NCBI GenBank assembly: GCA_028534125.1
Contig: CM052818.1
Span: 40,364,001-40,428,000, forward strand
Origin: Lama glama
Lineage: Eukaryota
Direction: 5' to 3'
DNA: 64,000 nt
The translations under genes were made by a program, and so were the position numbers. Each line of letters starts with the position of its first letter. Within the stretch, counting starts at the first letter, position 1. Shown here one piece after another: positions 61,024 through 64,000 of the stretch. The notes under the pieces were generated by a model that was given only the letters and a program-made list of their open reading frames with translations, was not told the origin of the DNA and made no database searches.

Positions 61024-61292
61024 AAATATCGCATGATATCACTTATATGTGGAATCTGAAGAACGGGCACAAATAAACTTCTCTACAAAACAGAAACAGA
61101 CTCACAGACATGGAAAACAAACTCATGATTACCAAAGGGGAAAAGAGGGGGGGAGGGATAAATTGGGAGTTTTGAACCGGCAGATACTAATTGTTATATA
61201 CAGAATAGATAAACAACAAGGTCCTACTGAGTAGCACAGGGAACTGTATTCAATAGCTTGTAATAACCCATAATGAAAAAGAACATGAAAAG

Positions 61293-61340
<48 letters not shown>

Positions 61341-61426
61341 GAATCACTATGATGTACACCAGAAACTAACATGACATTGTAAATCAACTATACGTCAATT
61401 TAAAAAAGCAAAACAAAATAAAACAA
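61024..61426 (+). mobile_element. Cetartiodactyl-type L1 3' end with (TA)n
   Basis: atgatatcacttatatgtggaatct...acagactcacagacatggaaaacaaac...gtaaatcaactatac; TSD aaaactaacacat (61011-61023) / aaaacgaacacat (61427-61439). Confidence 0.95.
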
Positions 61427-64000
61427 AAAACGAACACATGATTTCCTGCTAACTCCTACTTTTGCAAAGTTCTGTGCTGATCACTGTGAGGGTACAGAAG
61501 TGACTAAAATATGGTCCTATATTTACCATACTCTACATGTAAATATTCTCAATTTTCAGAAAGATGGTAAATGTGTAACTCTGTGCCACCTGAAAGCCAC
61601 AGGATAGTGTGGAGATGTTGGCTCGATCTAAATGTGCCAGATAACACAGGTGGCAGAACCTGTTCTGTCCACAGGCCACCCTTAGCTAACGACCTAGTAT
61701 AGGAAGGTCAATGTTTACCTCTCATCACAAGTCTATAGCAGATCCAACAGGAACATGGGAGGATTCCATGCCAATGGGTAGGGCAGAAGGAAGACGAAGG
61801 GCACCTAGAGTTCTTTAATAGAAACCTTGCTTTAAGGAGGGCAGACTGTTATTAGCAGAGGGCACTGTAATTTTCCTTACATCCAGGTGGACATTCACCC
61901 GCTCCGCAAAACTGGTGCCCTGCTATTTATAGATTAAGTCTTTATCCTCCTCAGAGAGGCCAGATCCTCAAAGGCCGTGGATGCTAAATTCCAATCGAAT
62001 TATCACTGTGACCAGCAACAAGGGCTACTGTCGAGATAAGTGATAACCACCAGTAGTAGTGCTGTAGTTGCTCACAGTGTACAGTTTACATCAAAGAACA
62101 CAGGCCACACCACCTTAGATTCTAAGGACACATTCAGGAGCATTGAGAAGTGGGGGGACAACAATGTCTTCAAAAGCATTTTAATGCTTTGCTTAAACTT
62201 CTAACCCTCTTTCTCTGTTCTCTAATGTTTCTTCTCCCAAACCATCTATGACTCTAAAGGGCGTATCTGCTAGATCTTGGTTCCTCCTTGGTCCTCCCTG
62301 GCATCAGCTCAGTTAACATGTTACAATCTCAATTAAACTTTCACCGGTTTATACGAGGCACCTCAGAAATCATCATATCCAACACTTCAACTTACAGATG
62401 AGGATCTTAGACAAGAGTTGGCTCCCAAAAGTGGCATAGTCTTCTAGAAGACAAATTTGCTCCTACCAGCAGTGGGAGAAGCCTCTACTTCCTGAAAAGA
62501 TAAATGGAGGAGGAGAAGGAGGATCTTGAGGAAGAATCTGGAGGCTGCATACATGGCCAACATATAGCAACTCATAGATTGACTTACAAGTCAAGTAAAT
62601 TCATGTGAGTGAGTATGCCAAATGAATGAACAGGTCCACATGTACTCTTAGGGTGAACGCAGAGTTGAACAAGGACAAAATTCAAAATTTCTCCTCTACC
62701 CACCCCTCTGTGTCTCCTCTACCCTCCCACACCCCCACCACCATTATCATTTTAGACAAACTATCAGAAAAAGTATAAGAAGGGGAGTTGAGATACTGGA
62801 GGAGACAAATTGAAAATGTAATTATGTAAACTGAGATGGCTAAGGGGGAACACTCAGGGATGATGTCAGATTAGGGAAATAGAAAGATAGTAGAGTTGTC
62901 AGAGGAAATCAAAGATATTTCTAGAAACAAGTCCTGGTGAGCCAAAGGGAAATTGAATGAATATGCTGATGTTTACTTTCCCAGGTTTTCATAGGAAATT
63001 GAAGATGGTTTTGTGAAAGGCAAGTGGGGAAAAGGTGAGTCTATAAACCATTATCCACTCAAAGCCTTGATTTAAAACATTTGCTTTCAGACACACTGAG
63101 GATTCACTATCTTGTTGGTAAAATTTGAAAAGTGATTTTTTTTCATAATTTGTTTAAAGAAAATACCTTGAGGAATTGGAAACAAGCCAAACAGGAAAAA
63201 AAAGATGTTCAGCATAAAAGGCATACTGTTGGTATTTTGGGGGCTGGAAGCAGGGACTTCCCTACCCAAGAGTTCATCTTCCCCACCTCCACCCTCTTCA
63301 GCCTGAGATGGATGGCAGGGGACTTAGATTCCAGGGACCTCAGAAGACAGATGCCCTGATGCTTGACTTCAGAAAATCTGGGATGTATTTTCAATCATAG
63401 GTTACCATTTTATCAGTGAAAAAGTGAGGACCGGGATACTATAGACAAAGTTTTGTCCTAATTTGAGTGTCCTTGAAGTGCAATGCTTGATGATGTTCCC
63501 AAGTGGGTGCCCTATCTGGGTAACTGGGAGCACTTGGGTATTCTGGAAAGCTAGATCCAGACTAGGAAAGAGAAATAGTGTGATTGAGCACAAACTTGGC
63601 TCATAGTAGAGATTTGTCCCCCTCGTACCTCTTCCCAACTCAGTCATCTGTTGATATCAGTTCCCCCTGATGGTCCATGGGTCACAGAGCCTATCATTCA
63701 GAGAAGTTTTCCAAGTTCACTCTGTCTGAGAACTGTGACTGGACAAAAGAGGGGCCCAGGGGCACCACTAGGTGGAACATATGGTCGATTCCTCAGTCCC
63801 TGCTGGGTGCAGGTCAGGAGACTCTTCTGTGAACCATCTAAGGAAGGGAGAAAAATGAGGATTGGGGAATTGTTCAGGAAAAAACATAGACCTAAAAAAA
63901 TCATTGCAGCTGGAAGAATTGTGAGGTCAGCAGTTCATCCCATTGCCTCTGATTGACTTCCACTCATGGAGGGATGTTAGTCCTCAGGGTCATCGCGGTG

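Noticed and set aside
63088..63120. 27-nt microexon-like segment after ttgctttcag
   Set aside because: Weak donor (gtaaaa); similar acceptor-like tracts occur many times in the window by chance.
1..64000. A novel multi-gene system, operon or CRISPR array
   Set aside because: The sequence is mammalian and repeat-rich; there is no regular repeat-spacer array, and the short ORFs show no recognisable domains apart from L1 remnants.

Overview
This is mammalian non-coding DNA (intergenic or a large intron), not a prokaryotic accessory region. The young LINE-1 3' ends resemble camelid (camel/alpaca) L1 as I recall it, and I saw no Alu, B1, BovB/Bov-A or PRE-type SINEs, so a camelid genome is the likely source. 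I found no credible host protein-coding exon, RNA gene or CRISPR array. Nearly all supplied ORFs look like chance frames or repeat remnants; the only clearly protein-derived stretches are LINE-1 ORF1p/ORF2p fragments. The window is a layered mosaic of ancient repeats (MIR, L2, L1M, MaLR/ERVL solo LTRs, hAT MER5/MER20/MER45) and younger L1 insertions with readable target-site duplications (TSDs). A 500-N assembly gap sits inside a young L1. The best-supported curiosities are two adjacent 5'-inverted (twin-primed) L1s, a 131-bp TSD-flanked orphan insert, a composite L1 with an internal deletion, and a young L1 with a possible short 3' transduction spanning the gap. Repeat-free stretches carry candidate regulatory motifs: a CCAAT+TATA promoter, an AP-1-dense 18-kb domain, a DR1, full CREs and G4s. 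I cannot support a new biological system. Repeat family names come from recalled consensus similarity, and boundaries are approximate unless a TSD is quoted.
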